From positions 1-53,439 of the forward strand of contig JAGPEG010000001.1 of NCBI GenBank assembly GCA_018057165.1: a stretch of DNA of 53,439 nucleotides, read 5' to 3'. Below, in pieces: positions 35,425-45,513 of the stretch. The notes under the pieces are model-generated. The model made no database searches. It saw nothing but the letters and a program-made list of their open reading frames with translations, and was not told where the DNA came from. Both the position numbers and the translations under genes were made by a program. Origin of the DNA: Tabrizicola sp. (GTDB lineage: Bacteria > Pseudomonadota > Alphaproteobacteria > Rhodobacterales > Rhodobacteraceae). Position 1 is the first letter of the stretch, and each line of letters starts with the position of its first letter.

Positions 35425-36522
35425 ATGAGACCCGCAGTTAATTTTCACAGGTTGACCGTTCTGACGGCTGCGATGATTTCGCTGCCGGTTCTTGCGGCAG
35501 CCCAGGAAGCTTGCACCACCTACACTGTCAAGGACGGCGACACGCTCGGCTCGATCGCGCAGGCCGCCTATGGCAGTTTCGACTATCAGAACATCTTCAA
35601 CGCAAACCGCGATGCGCTGGCGGCCAACCCGAACAGTCTGCCCGCCGGTCTGCAACTGGTCCTCCCCTGCGAAGACGGCCGACTGACGCCGGATGCCGAG
35701 TTGAGCTCGGTCATCGAGAGCGAGACCCAGAAGCAGGAAACCACCAAGACGAAGTCGAACGTCTACGAGCCGCCGCTGAAGTTCGTGACCTCGAACAACT
35801 GGCAGCCCTTCACCGATGAATCGCTGAACGGTGGCGGGATCTTCGTCCGCATGGCGGCCACTGCAATGCAGCGCGGCGGCAACGACCGCGGCTACGAAGT
35901 CTCCTACGTCGATGACTGGATGTCGCATATCGACGTTCTGCTGCCCTCGGGTGCCTTCGACGTCTCGATTGCCTGGGAAGCGCCTGATTGCTCCAAGCTG
36001 GACATGCTGGGCGAGTTCTCGGCCCGGATGTGCACCGAATTCGACTTCTCGCTGCCGATCTACGAAGCGGCCTATACGTTCAACACGCTTCCCGACAGCA
36101 AATACGCCAACGCGCGGTCCTTCGACGAATATGCCGGTGCGAAAATCTGCCGTCCGGAAGCCTGGCCGCTTGGCGACCTTGAAGTTCAGGGCCTGACCCC
36201 CCCGGTCGTCGAATACGTCCAGCCGAAGAACCCGCTGGATTGCGCCGAAATGCTGATGAAGGGCGAAGTCGACATCTATTCGATCGAAACCGAAACCTCG
36301 GTCTCCAACTTCACCGAGCTTGGCGTGACCGACAAGGTCATGACCAACCCGGCAATCGCGACCTTCATCTCGTACCACTTCCTGACGGCGAAGAGCAATC
36401 CGCGCGGTCGGGTCTACATCGCCATGCTGAACCGCGGCATCACCGAGATGCGGGAATCGGGCGAATGGTACGACATCGTCGCCACCGGCCTTGACGAATA
36501 CAACAAGCTGAAGCAGCAATAA
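35425..36522 (+). CDS. Exported LysM + family-3 solute-binding-domain protein (paralog 2)
   Basis: Signal peptide; CTTYTVKDGDTL..IA..AYG LysM; WQPFTDE, ICRPE and ESGEWYDIV shared with paralog 1. Confidence 0.85.
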   Translation: MRPAVNFHRLTVLTAAMISLPVLAAAQEACTTYTVKDGDTLGSIAQAAYGSFDYQNIFNANRDALAANPNSLPAGLQLVLPCEDGRLTPDAELSSVIESETQKQETTKTKSNVYEPPLKFVTSNNWQPFTDESLNGGGIFVRMAATAMQRGGNDRGYEVSYVDDWMSHIDVLLPSGAFDVSIAWEAPDCSKLDMLGEFSARMCTEFDFSLPIYEAAYTFNTLPDSKYANARSFDEYAGAKICRPEAWPLGDLEVQGLTPPVVEYVQPKNPLDCAEMLMKGEVDIYSIETETSVSNFTELGVTDKVMTNPAIATFISYHFLTAKSNPRGRVYIAMLNRGITEMRESGEWYDIVATGLDEYNKLKQQ

Positions 36523-36544
36523 CCCCCCTCTGCCTCAGTCTGTC

Positions 36545-36573
36545 GAGGGCCCCGCACCCCCTGCGGGGCCTTC
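36545..36573 (+). terminator. Hairpin after LysM-SBP paralog 2
   Basis: GAGGGCCCCGCA-ccccc-TGCGGGGCCTTC. Confidence 0.6.
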
Positions 36574-36598
36574 CCGCATCCAGGCCGCGACTTCCCCG

Positions 36599-37315
36599 TT
36601 GTCTTCTGCCACAGCGTCGGTATCAGATGCGGCCAGAACACTGGGGGACAACCTGGACGAAACCCTGCATACCAAGGACCCTGCCCCCCGCACGATGAGC
36701 CGCGAGGCCCGGCGGGCGCAGCTTATTGCCTCGACCATCGAGACGCTGGCGGCGCGCGGTTTTTCCCGCATCACCCTGACCGATGTCGCCCGCGCCGCGG
36801 GACTGTCGCACGGCCTGGTGCTGTTCCATTTCGAAAGCAAGGAAAGGCTGCTGGCCGAGACGCTGACCTTTCTGGCCGAGGAATACCGGCAGAACTGGCA
36901 GGCGGCGCTGTCGCAGGCCGGTGACGACCCGGCCGAGCAGCTGAACGCCCTGATCGAGGCCGATTTCAATCCGGCGATCTGCACGCCCGCCCGGCTGGCG
37001 GCCTGGTGCAGTTTCTGGGGCGAGGCGCAGTCGCGGCCACTGTATCAGCAGGCCTGCGGCGAGAAGGATGACGCCTACAACCTTCAGCTTGAGGCGATCT
37101 GCCAGCGGCTGAGCGATGCTGGCACCTACGGTCGGGACGCGCGCCATGTGGCCAGGGTGATCCGCGTCACCATCGAGGGCACCTGGCTGGACCTGATGAC
37201 GATGACGGCGCCCTATGACCGGGACGAGGCACTGACCACGGTCCGCACCTGTGCCGCGCTGTGTTTCCCGGATCATTTCACTCCGTCAGGACTGAAGCCG
37301 TCCCGGCTGCGATGA
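36599..37315 (+). CDS. TetR-family regulator (BetI-like); start uncertain
   Basis: RRAQLIASTIETLA..G...TLTDVARAAGLSHGLVLFHFESKE HTH; W..FWGEA C-domain. Confidence 0.88.
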   Translation: MSSATASVSDAARTLGDNLDETLHTKDPAPRTMSREARRAQLIASTIETLAARGFSRITLTDVARAAGLSHGLVLFHFESKERLLAETLTFLAEEYRQNWQAALSQAGDDPAEQLNALIEADFNPAICTPARLAAWCSFWGEAQSRPLYQQACGEKDDAYNLQLEAICQRLSDAGTYGRDARHVARVIRVTIEGTWLDLMTMTAPYDRDEALTTVRTCAALCFPDHFTPSGLKPSRLR

Positions 37316-37338
37316 TTTGTCCAACGGAATGAGGTATT

Positions 37339-37352
37339 GGAACATCCATTCC
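37339..37352. promoter_or_regulatory. IolR operator GGAA-N6-TTCC
   Basis: GGAAcatccaTTCC upstream of iolR; matches the alphaproteobacterial IolR motif. Confidence 0.8.
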
Positions 37353-37390
37353 GTATGCTATGCTGATCCTGATCAACCAAGAGAGCCGCA

Positions 37391-38218
37391 ATGCCGAAGG
37401 GAGAGCCGTCGAGCGAACCGCCGGAAACGGTCGATGCCTTCCGTGAGCGACTTTTGGCGCTGAACGGACAACTGCCGCGCCGCTTGCAGCAATGTGCCGA
37501 TCATGTTGCGCGGCATCTTGATTCCATCGCGCTTTCCACCGTGGCGCAGGTGGCGCAGGGGGCCGGGGTGCCGCCGTCTGCGGTGATGCGGTTCTGTCAG
37601 ATCATGGGGTTCACCGGCTTTGCCGAAATGCAGCGCCTGTTCCGCTCGGCGCTGTCCCGCGCTGCGCCCGATTATGCGACACGGCTTGCCAACCTGAAGG
37701 CCGGGGGGGCGGGCCAGCCCGCCGCACTGGTGGCCGAATTCGTCGAAGCCGGGCGTCAGTCGATGGAGGCGCTTGCGCGAGACCTGAACGAAACCGCTCT
37801 GGATCAGGCAGTTACGACGCTGGCCACGGCCCGGACCATCCATCTTGCGGGGTTTCGCCGGTCGTTCCCGGTGGCAAGCTATCTGGCCTATGTCTTCGAC
37901 AAGCTGGGCGTCCCGGCGGTGCTGCATGACGGTGTCGCGGGGCTGGGGCATCGGTCGATCCTGCAACCGGGGGATGCGCTGCTGGCCATCACCTTCGCAC
38001 CCTATTCCGAGGAAACCCTGGCCCTTGCCGCCCATGCCCGCGACAGGGGCCTGCCGGTCGTGGTGCTGACCGATCCGGCAGCCAGCCCTCTGGCCGGGTT
38101 GGCCGACACGATCCTGACCGTGACCGAGATCGACTTCGGCGCCTTCCGGTCGCTGTCGGCGGTGATCGCGCTGGCCCTGTCGCTGGCGGTCGCAGTGGCG
38201 GCGCGGCGGGAAACTTAG
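37391..38218 (+). CDS. iolR: RpiR-family inositol regulator IolR
   Basis: HTH (PSAVMRFCQIMGFTGF) plus SIS domain (GFRRSFPVASY, TFAPYS); adjacent to iolC. Confidence 0.88.
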   Translation: MPKGEPSSEPPETVDAFRERLLALNGQLPRRLQQCADHVARHLDSIALSTVAQVAQGAGVPPSAVMRFCQIMGFTGFAEMQRLFRSALSRAAPDYATRLANLKAGGAGQPAALVAEFVEAGRQSMEALARDLNETALDQAVTTLATARTIHLAGFRRSFPVASYLAYVFDKLGVPAVLHDGVAGLGHRSILQPGDALLAITFAPYSEETLALAAHARDRGLPVVVLTDPAASPLAGLADTILTVTEIDFGAFRSLSAVIALALSLAVAVAARRET

Positions 38219-38240
38219 AGCTTCCCCGACTCGGAAAAAT

Positions 38241-38254
38241 GGAATAAATGTTCC
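38241..38254. promoter_or_regulatory. IolR operator GGAA-N6-TTCC
   Basis: GGAAtaaatgTTCC upstream of iolC. Confidence 0.8.
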
Positions 38255-38291
38255 ATAAAGACGGTCCGACTCGGCCCAACGGAGCCTCCGC

Positions 38292-40202
38292 ATGTCCCAG
38301 CCCCGCCCGCTTGATGTGATCACCATTGGCCGGTCTTCGGTCGACCTGTACGGCGCGCAGGTCGGCGGACGGCTGGAGGACATGGGATCGTTCCAGAAAT
38401 ACATCGGCGGCTCGCCCACCAACATGGCGGCGGGTACCGCGCGGCTGGGGCTGAAATCGGCGCTGATCACAAGGGTCGGCGACGAACACATGGGTCGCTT
38501 CATCCGCGAGGAGCTGGCGAAGGAAGGCGTCGACGTGCGCGGGGTGAAGACCGACCCGGAACGGCTGACCGCGCTGGTTCTGCTGGGCATTCGCGACGAC
38601 AAGCAGTTCCCGCTGATCTTCTACCGGGAAAACTGCGCCGACATGGCGCTTGACGTGGGCGACATCGACGAAAGCTTCATCGCCGAGGCGCGGTCGGTGG
38701 TCGCCACCGGCACACATCTCTCCAACACCAGGACCGAGGCTGCGGTCTTGAAAGCGTTGACCCTGGCGCGGAAGCACGGGCTGCAAACGGCGCTGGACAT
38801 CGACTACCGCCCGAACCTCTGGGGCCTGTCCGGCCATGGCGACGGCGAGAACCGCTTCATCGAGTCCGCCGCCGTCACGGCGAAGCTGCAATCCAGCTTG
38901 CATTTCTTCGACCTGATCGTCGGCACGGAAGAAGAATTCCACATTGCCGGCGGCACCACCGACACCATCGCCGCCCTCCGCGCGGTTCGGGCGGTCAGCA
39001 AAGCCACCCTCGTCTGCAAGCGCGGCCCGATGGGGGCTGTTGCCTTCACCGGCGCAGTCCCGGACAGCCTTGACGATGGCGAATCCGGCCCCGGCTTCCC
39101 GATAGAGGTGTTCAACGTCCTCGGCGCGGGCGACGGCTTCATGTCGGGCCTGATCAAGGGCTGGCTGGATGGCGAACCCTGGCCCGTCGCGCTGAAATAC
39201 GCCAATGCCTGCGGGGCCTTTGCCGTGTCTCGCCACGGTTGCACCCCGGCCTATCCCAGTTGGGAGGAGTTGCAGTTCTTCCTTCAGCGCGGCGTCAAGG
39301 AAAAGGCCCTGCGCAAGGACCCGGCGCTGGAGCAGGTCCATTGGGCAACGAACCGCCACAAGGATTGGTCGGTGATGCGGGTCTTCGCCTTCGACCACCG
39401 GATGCAGCTTGAGGCGATGGAGGGGGCCACCCCCGCCAGGATCGGTGCCTTCAAGGAGCTGTGCCTGAAGGCGGCGCTGCAAGTGGCGGGTGGCAAGCCC
39501 GGCTATGGCGTGCTCTGCGACAGCCGCCTTGGCCGCGATGCCCTGTTCCAGGCGGCAGGCACCGGCCTCTGGATCGGGCGTCCGGTGGAATGGCCCGGCT
39601 CACGCCCGCTGGTGCTGGAACCCGAGATCGGCCCGGATTTCGGCGGCTTGCAGGAATGGCCGCTGGAACATGTGGTCAAGGTGCTGTGCTTCTATCACCC
39701 CGACGACGATGCCGCGACGAAGGCGGCCCAGGAAGACACCGTCCGCCGCCTGTTCCACGCCTGCCGCCGCAACCGGCTGGAGATGCTGCTGGAGATCATC
39801 CCGTCGAAGGTCGCCCCGACCAACGACCGGACCTCGGCCCAGATCATCCAGCGCTTCTATGACCTTGGCGTCTATCCCGACTGGTGGAAGCTGGAACCCT
39901 TCACCAGCGATGCCGCCTGGGAAAACGCCTGCGCCGCGATCACCGCGAACGACCCGCATGTGCGCGGCATCGTCGTCCTCGGCCTTGATGCCAGCGAAGC
40001 AGACCTCTCGGCCTCGCTGGCGCTGGCCGCCAAACACCCGCTGGTCAGGGGCTTCGCCATCGGCCGCACGATCTTCGGCGACGCCGCGCGCGGCTGGCTG
40101 AAGGGCGAGATGACCGATGCGGCCGCTGTCACGATGATGTCCGACCGTTATGCCCGCCTTGCCGCCCTCTGGGACAAGGTGCGCGAGGGAGCCAAAGCAT
40201 GA
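38292..40202 (+). CDS. iolC: 5-dehydro-2-deoxygluconokinase with C-terminal DUF2090 aldolase domain
   Basis: IGRSSVDLYG, NVLGAGDGF (PfkB), FAFDHR and PDWWKLE motifs. Confidence 0.95.
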   Translation: MSQPRPLDVITIGRSSVDLYGAQVGGRLEDMGSFQKYIGGSPTNMAAGTARLGLKSALITRVGDEHMGRFIREELAKEGVDVRGVKTDPERLTALVLLGIRDDKQFPLIFYRENCADMALDVGDIDESFIAEARSVVATGTHLSNTRTEAAVLKALTLARKHGLQTALDIDYRPNLWGLSGHGDGENRFIESAAVTAKLQSSLHFFDLIVGTEEEFHIAGGTTDTIAALRAVRAVSKATLVCKRGPMGAVAFTGAVPDSLDDGESGPGFPIEVFNVLGAGDGFMSGLIKGWLDGEPWPVALKYANACGAFAVSRHGCTPAYPSWEELQFFLQRGVKEKALRKDPALEQVHWATNRHKDWSVMRVFAFDHRMQLEAMEGATPARIGAFKELCLKAALQVAGGKPGYGVLCDSRLGRDALFQAAGTGLWIGRPVEWPGSRPLVLEPEIGPDFGGLQEWPLEHVVKVLCFYHPDDDAATKAAQEDTVRRLFHACRRNRLEMLLEIIPSKVAPTNDRTSAQIIQRFYDLGVYPDWWKLEPFTSDAAWENACAAITANDPHVRGIVVLGLDASEADLSASLALAAKHPLVRGFAIGRTIFGDAARGWLKGEMTDAAAVTMMSDRYARLAALWDKVREGAKA

Positions 40203-42025
40203 CCACGATCCGCCTTACCGCCGCGCAGGCGCTTGTCCGCTGGCTTTCGGTGCAACAGGCCGAGGATGGCTCGCGCTTCATCGAAGGTGTCTGGGCGATC
40301 TTCGGCCATGGCAATGTGGCGGGCTTGGGCGAGGCGCTGCACGCCCACCGCGAGGTGATCCCCACCTGGCGCGGCCATAACGAGCAGACCATGGCCCATG
40401 CCGCCATCGCCTATGCCAAGGCGAAGGGGCGTAGGCGCGCGATGGCCGTGACCTCCTCGATCGGGCCGGGGGCGACCAACATGGTGACGGCAGCGGCGCT
40501 GGCCCATGTCAACCGCCTGCCGGTGCTCTTCATCCCTGGCGACGTCTTCGCCAACCGCGCGCCCGACCCGGTGCTGCAACAGATCGAGGATTTCGACGAC
40601 GCGACGGTCAGCGCCAACGACTGCTTCCGCCCGGTCGTGCGCTACTTCGACCGGATCAGCCGCCCGGAACATATCCTGACCGCCCTGCCCCGTGCGCTGC
40701 GGGTGATGACCGACCCCGCCAACTGCGGCCCGGTCTGCCTGGCCTTCTGTCAGGACACGCAAGCGGAAGCCTATGACTACCCCGCCGACTTTTTCGAGCC
40801 CCGCACCTGGCACATCCGCCGCCCCGAACCCGACCAGCGCGAACTGGAAGCCGCCGTCGCCGCGATCAAATCCGCGAAAACCCCGCTGATCGTTGCGGGG
40901 GGTGGCGTGCTCTATTCCGGGGCCGAGAAAACACTTCTCGACTTCGCCAAGGCGCACAACATCCCGCTGGTGGAAACCCAGGCCGGGAAGGGCGCGGTGG
41001 ACTGGGAGGAGAAGCTGCACTTCGGCTCGCCCGGCGTCACCGGCACCGGCTGCGGCAACGAGTTGGCGGCGAAGGCCGACCTGGTGATCGGTGTCGGCAC
41101 AAGGTTCCAGGACTTCACAACTGGCAGCTGGACCGTGTTCAGCACGCCGAACCGCAAGCTGCTGTCGATCAACATCCACGGCTATGATGCCGCGAAGCGC
41201 GCCGCACAGCCGCTGGTCTCCGACGCGAAAGTCGCGCTGGAAAAGATCAGCGCGGCGCTTGGCAAGCACCGCTTCGCAGACCCGGATTTCGGCGCGCGGG
41301 ACAAGTGGTTCCAGACCACCGATGCCCTCTTTGCCGCCCCCAAGAGCAACAACCTGCCGACCGACGCGCAGGTGATCGGCGCGGTGGACCGGAACACCGG
41401 CAAGGACTCGGTGATCATGTGCGCCGCAGGCACCATGCCCGGCGCGCTGCATGTCCTTTGGCGCGCGGCGCAGGGCGGCTATCACATGGAATACGGCTTC
41501 TCCTGCATGGGCTATGAGGTTGCCGGGGCGATGGGGATCAAGATGGCGCTGCCGGAGCGTGACGTCATCTGCATGATCGGCGATGGCAGCTACATGATGG
41601 CGAACAGTGAACTCGCGACCGCCGTGATGATGGGCATCCCCTTCACCGTGGTCCTGACCGACAACCGGGGTTATGGCTGCATCAACCGGCTGCAAAAGGC
41701 CATCGGCGGCGCGCCGTTCAACAACATGCTGGACGACAGCTATCATGTGAACGCGGCCAATATCGACTTCGTCGCCCATGCCCGCAGCATGGGGGCGAAC
41801 GTGATGAAGGCCGCCGGGATCGGCGAGTTGGAAGCCGCGATGCGAGGAGCCAAGACCGCGACGATCCCGACCGTCATCGTCATCGACACCGACCCCATGC
41901 CCGGCACCGGCGCGGGCGGGCACTGGTGGGATGTCGCCGTGCCCGAGGTCTCGGATCGCCGCGAAGTGAACGAGGCCCGCGAGGGCTATGAAGCGGGCAC
42001 CCGTGCCCAATGGCTGCTCAACTGA
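40199..42025 (+). CDS. iolD: Trihydroxycyclohexane-1,2-dione acylhydrolase (TPP-dependent)
   Basis: IFGHGNVAG, HNEQ, EYGFSCMGYE and GDGSYMM motifs. Confidence 0.96.
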   Translation: MTTIRLTAAQALVRWLSVQQAEDGSRFIEGVWAIFGHGNVAGLGEALHAHREVIPTWRGHNEQTMAHAAIAYAKAKGRRRAMAVTSSIGPGATNMVTAAALAHVNRLPVLFIPGDVFANRAPDPVLQQIEDFDDATVSANDCFRPVVRYFDRISRPEHILTALPRALRVMTDPANCGPVCLAFCQDTQAEAYDYPADFFEPRTWHIRRPEPDQRELEAAVAAIKSAKTPLIVAGGGVLYSGAEKTLLDFAKAHNIPLVETQAGKGAVDWEEKLHFGSPGVTGTGCGNELAAKADLVIGVGTRFQDFTTGSWTVFSTPNRKLLSINIHGYDAAKRAAQPLVSDAKVALEKISAALGKHRFADPDFGARDKWFQTTDALFAAPKSNNLPTDAQVIGAVDRNTGKDSVIMCAAGTMPGALHVLWRAAQGGYHMEYGFSCMGYEVAGAMGIKMALPERDVICMIGDGSYMMANSELATAVMMGIPFTVVLTDNRGYGCINRLQKAIGGAPFNNMLDDSYHVNAANIDFVAHARSMGANVMKAAGIGELEAAMRGAKTATIPTVIVIDTDPMPGTGAGGHWWDVAVPEVSDRREVNEAREGYEAGTRAQWLLN

Positions 42026-42035
42026 GAGAACGAAT

Positions 42036-42947
42036 ATGAGCGTTAAGATCGGGATTTCGCCTATCAGCTGGCAGAACGACGACCTGCCGGACCTGACCGC
42101 CGCCTATACGATGGAGCAGGCGCTGAGCGAGGCGCGCGAGATCGGTTATACCGGCGTCGAACGCGGGCGACGGATGCCCTCGGACACGGCGGGCCTCGGG
42201 GCTTACCTCACCGCCAACGGGCTGTCGCTCTGCGGCGGCTGGTGTTCGGGCAATCTTCTGGTCAATGACGTGAAGACCGAGATCGCGGCGGTGCGTCGCC
42301 AAGTCGAGCAGTTCGTTGCCCTGAAGGCCCCCTGCATCGTCTATGCCGAATGCTCGAACACCGTGCAGGGCAACATCGCGGTTCCGGTGAACGACCGGCC
42401 GAAATTCTCCGCTGCCGATGTGCGGGCCTATGGCGCGAAGCTGTCCGAACTGGCGAAATGGATGGCCGATCAGGGGATGACCTTGGCCTACCATCACCAC
42501 ATGGGGTCCTTCGTCGAAAGCGAAGACGACGTGAACGCGCTGATGGAAGGTTCGACGCCCGACGTGAAGCTCCTGTTGGACACCGGCCACCTTCTGTTCG
42601 GCGGGGCCGATGTCATGCGTGTCCTGAACCGCTGGGCCGACCGGGTCCACCATGTCCACTTCAAGGACATCCGCCCGGAGGTGGTGCAGGACATCCGCGA
42701 GAACCGGAAAAGCTTCCTAGACGCGGTGATCGCCGGGGCTTTCACCGTGCCGGGCGACGGCTGCATCGACTTTCAGGCCGTCACCGACAAGCTGAAGGCG
42801 ATGGGTTACAACGGCTGGATCGTGGTCGAGGCCGAGCAGGACCCGGCCAAGGCCCCGCCCTATGAGTATTCAAAGCTGGGCTACGAGCATATCCTGAAGG
42901 TCTGCAAAACGGCGGGCCTGATGATCGACCACTCCCGCCCTTCCTGA
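42036..42947 (+). CDS. iolE: myo-inosose-2 dehydratase
   Basis: PISWQNDDLP, YHHHMG, DTGH, HFKD and VEAEQDP motifs. Confidence 0.95.
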   Translation: MSVKIGISPISWQNDDLPDLTAAYTMEQALSEAREIGYTGVERGRRMPSDTAGLGAYLTANGLSLCGGWCSGNLLVNDVKTEIAAVRRQVEQFVALKAPCIVYAECSNTVQGNIAVPVNDRPKFSAADVRAYGAKLSELAKWMADQGMTLAYHHHMGSFVESEDDVNALMEGSTPDVKLLLDTGHLLFGGADVMRVLNRWADRVHHVHFKDIRPEVVQDIRENRKSFLDAVIAGAFTVPGDGCIDFQAVTDKLKAMGYNGWIVVEAEQDPAKAPPYEYSKLGYEHILKVCKTAGLMIDHSRPS

Positions 42948-42959
42948 AGGACCGCACCC

Positions 42960-43766
42960 ATGCCCGACCTCCTTTTCAAACCCACCGGCACGCGCGGCAA
43001 GGTGCATGAGGTGACCCCGGCCTCTGCGGGATGGGGCTATGTCGGCTTCACCCTCTACCGGCTTGAACCGGGGGACGTGGCCGAGGAGGTGACGGGGGAT
43101 GAGGAAGTGATCCTCGTGATCGTCGAGGGCAAGGCGCAGGTGCAGGCAGCGGGGCAGGACTGGGGCGAGATGGGCGACCGGATGGATGTCTTCGAGAAGA
43201 CCCCGCCGCATTGCCTCTATGTCCCGAACGGGAGCCAGTGGAAGGCCACCGCCACCACCCCTTGCACCATCGGAGTCTGCAAGGCGCCTGGCCACGGCAA
43301 CCACCCCGCCCGCAGGCTGGGGCCGGAGGGGATCACCCTCACCCCGCGCGGCAAGGGGACCAACACCCGCCATGTGAACAACATCGCGATGGAGGCGCTG
43401 GATGTGGCCGACAGCCTGCTGGTGACCGAGGTTTTCACTCCCGCCGGGAACTGGTCCTCCTACCCCAGCCACCGGCATGACGAGGATGACTTTCCGAACA
43501 TGACCTATCTGGAAGAGACCTACTATATGCGCCTCAACCCGGCGCAGGGTTTCGGCATCCAGCGGGTCTATACCGAGGACGGCTCGCTGGACGAGACGCT
43601 GGCGGTGAAGAACCACGATGTCACGCTGGTCCCGAAGGGGCACCATCCCTGCGGGGCGCCCTATGGCTATGAGATGTATTATCTGAACGTAATGGCCGGA
43701 CCGATCCGCAAGTGGCGGTTCAAGAATGACCCGGACCACGACTGGATCGCGACGCGCGACGCCTGA
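42960..43766 (+). CDS. iolB: 5-deoxy-glucuronate isomerase
   Basis: GNWSSYPSHRHD, LEETYY, VPKGHHP and YYLNVMAGP motifs. Confidence 0.96.
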   Translation: MPDLLFKPTGTRGKVHEVTPASAGWGYVGFTLYRLEPGDVAEEVTGDEEVILVIVEGKAQVQAAGQDWGEMGDRMDVFEKTPPHCLYVPNGSQWKATATTPCTIGVCKAPGHGNHPARRLGPEGITLTPRGKGTNTRHVNNIAMEALDVADSLLVTEVFTPAGNWSSYPSHRHDEDDFPNMTYLEETYYMRLNPAQGFGIQRVYTEDGSLDETLAVKNHDVTLVPKGHHPCGAPYGYEMYYLNVMAGPIRKWRFKNDPDHDWIATRDA

Positions 43767-43769
43767 ACC

Positions 43770-43816
43770 TGTCCACAGTGGACAAGAAAACCACGCCCAA
43801 TCCTTTCAAAGGGTTG
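43770..43816. repeat. Palindrome TGTCCAC-A-GTGGACA plus IHF-like site (copy 2)
   Basis: Immediately after the iolB stop; TTTCAAagggTTG begins 20 nt after the palindrome end, as in copy 1. Confidence 0.6.
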
Positions 43817-44002
43817 GTCGTTCGCGTTCAGGTGAGCTTAACCATGTCAGCCCTTGCAGGTACCACTCGTCGATGACGTCGTCACTCCTCGCTGGGTCGG
43901 GATGTCACGCGCGGAGAAGACGAAGTCGCACGCCGCGCAGCCTTTGCCTTGAAGCGCCCTCACGGCTCGTCTAATCAGGGGCAAGCCCGAAGGAACCCCA
44001 TA

Positions 44003-44788
44003 ATGCGCATCCTGATCACCAATGACGATGGCATCAACGCGCCGGGACTGGAGGTCCTGACCCGGATCGCCACCGAGATCGCCGGGCCGGAGGGCGAGGT
44101 CTGGACCGTCGCCCCGGCGTTCGAGCAATCCGGCGTCGGGCATTGCATCAGCTACACCCACCCGATGATGATCGCCGAGATGGGGTCGCGCCGCTTTGCC
44201 GCCGAAGGCTCGCCGGCCGATTGCGTGCTGGCGGCGATCTACGACGTGCTGGACGGGGCGAAGCCCGACCTGGTGCTGTCGGGCGTCAACCGGGGCAACA
44301 ACGCGGCCGAAAACGTGCTCTATTCCGGCACCATCGGCGGGGCGATGGAGGCGGCGCTGCAGGGCGTTCCGGCGATTGCGATGTCGCAGTTCTTCGGGCC
44401 GGGCAATGCGAAGCTGGCCGATCCGTTCGAGTCCGCCCGTGTGCATGGCGCCGCCGTGGTGCGGGCGCTGCTGGACAAGGGGCTCTGGGCGACGGGCGAT
44501 TACCGCACCTTCTACAACATCAATTTCCCGCCGCTGCCCGCCAGGACGACCAAGGGCATGATGGTCGCGCCGCAGGGCTTCCGCCGCGACACGGCGTTTT
44601 CGGTCGAGCGGCAGATGTCGCCCACCGGCCGCAAGTTCCTGTGGGTCAGGGGCGGCCCGCAGCACACCCCCACCCTGCCCGGCAGCGATGCGGCGGTGAA
44701 CCTGGACGGCTTCATCTCGATCACACCGATGCGCGCCGACCTGACCGCGCATGACCTGCTCGCCGATCTGGAGGCGAGGCTGGCATGA
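44003..44788 (+). CDS. surE: 5'/3'-nucleotidase SurE
   Basis: [18 protein letters not shown] and YSGTIGGA motifs. Confidence 0.97.
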   Translation: MRILITNDDGINAPGLEVLTRIATEIAGPEGEVWTVAPAFEQSGVGHCISYTHPMMIAEMGSRRFAAEGSPADCVLAAIYDVLDGAKPDLVLSGVNRGNNAAENVLYSGTIGGAMEAALQGVPAIAMSQFFGPGNAKLADPFESARVHGAAVVRALLDKGLWATGDYRTFYNINFPPLPARTTKGMMVAPQGFRRDTAFSVERQMSPTGRKFLWVRGGPQHTPTLPGSDAAVNLDGFISITPMRADLTAHDLLADLEARLA

Positions 44789-45456
44789 CCAGAGGGGCGG
44801 AGGACGAACCGACCTCCGACCTGCTTGCCGAACGCAAGATGCGCTTTCTCTTTGCCCTCCGCACGCGCGGCGTGACCGACAGCCGCGTCCTGACCGCGAT
44901 GGAGAGGATCGACCGTGGTCTTTTCGTCCGCGGCACCTTCGCCGACCGGGCCTATGAGGACATGCCGCTGCCCATCGCCTGCGGCCAGACCATCAGCCAG
45001 CCCTCGGTCGTGGGGCTGATGACGCAGGCGCTGCAGGTGAACCCGCGCGACACGGTGCTGGAGGTGGGCACCGGGTCGGGCTATCAGGCGGCGATCCTGT
45101 CGCAGCTTGCCCGCCGGGTCTATACCGTCGACCGTTACCGCCGTCTGGTGCGCGAGGCGGGCGATCTGTTCCGCAAGCTCGACCTGGTGAACATCACCAC
45201 CATCACGGCGGATGGCTCGCACGGGCTGCCGGACCAGGCCCCCTTCGACCGCATCCTTGTGACCGCCGCTGCGGAAGACCCCCCCGGCCCCTTGCTGGAG
45301 CAGCTGAAGCCCGGCGGGATCATGGTGGTTCCGGTCGGCCAGTCCGACGCGGTGCAGGCGCTGATCAAGGTCACACGCACCCAAAGCGGTTTTGATTACG
45401 AAGAACTTCGCCCAGTGCGCTTTGTGCCACTGGTCGAAGGGCTGGGGTCCGAGTAG
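44785..45456 (+). CDS. pcm: Protein-L-isoaspartate O-methyltransferase
   Basis: [26 protein letters not shown] and VRFVPL motifs. Confidence 0.96.
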   Translation: MTRGAEDEPTSDLLAERKMRFLFALRTRGVTDSRVLTAMERIDRGLFVRGTFADRAYEDMPLPIACGQTISQPSVVGLMTQALQVNPRDTVLEVGTGSGYQAAILSQLARRVYTVDRYRRLVREAGDLFRKLDLVNITTITADGSHGLPDQAPFDRILVTAAAEDPPGPLLEQLKPGGIMVVPVGQSDAVQALIKVTRTQSGFDYEELRPVRFVPLVEGLGSE

Positions 45457-45513
45457 ACTACCGGCCCAGAAACCGGGCCGAACCCGGGCGGGCAGAACAT
45501 CAGGCGGGCTGAC

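Noticed and set aside
38292-40202. IolC kinase-aldolase fusion as a novelty
   Set aside because: IolC-DUF2090 fusions are the known proteobacterial form.
43827-43842. CtrA-like box TTCA-N7-TTAAC upstream of surE
   Set aside because: One mismatch and a single instance; not distinguishable from chance.
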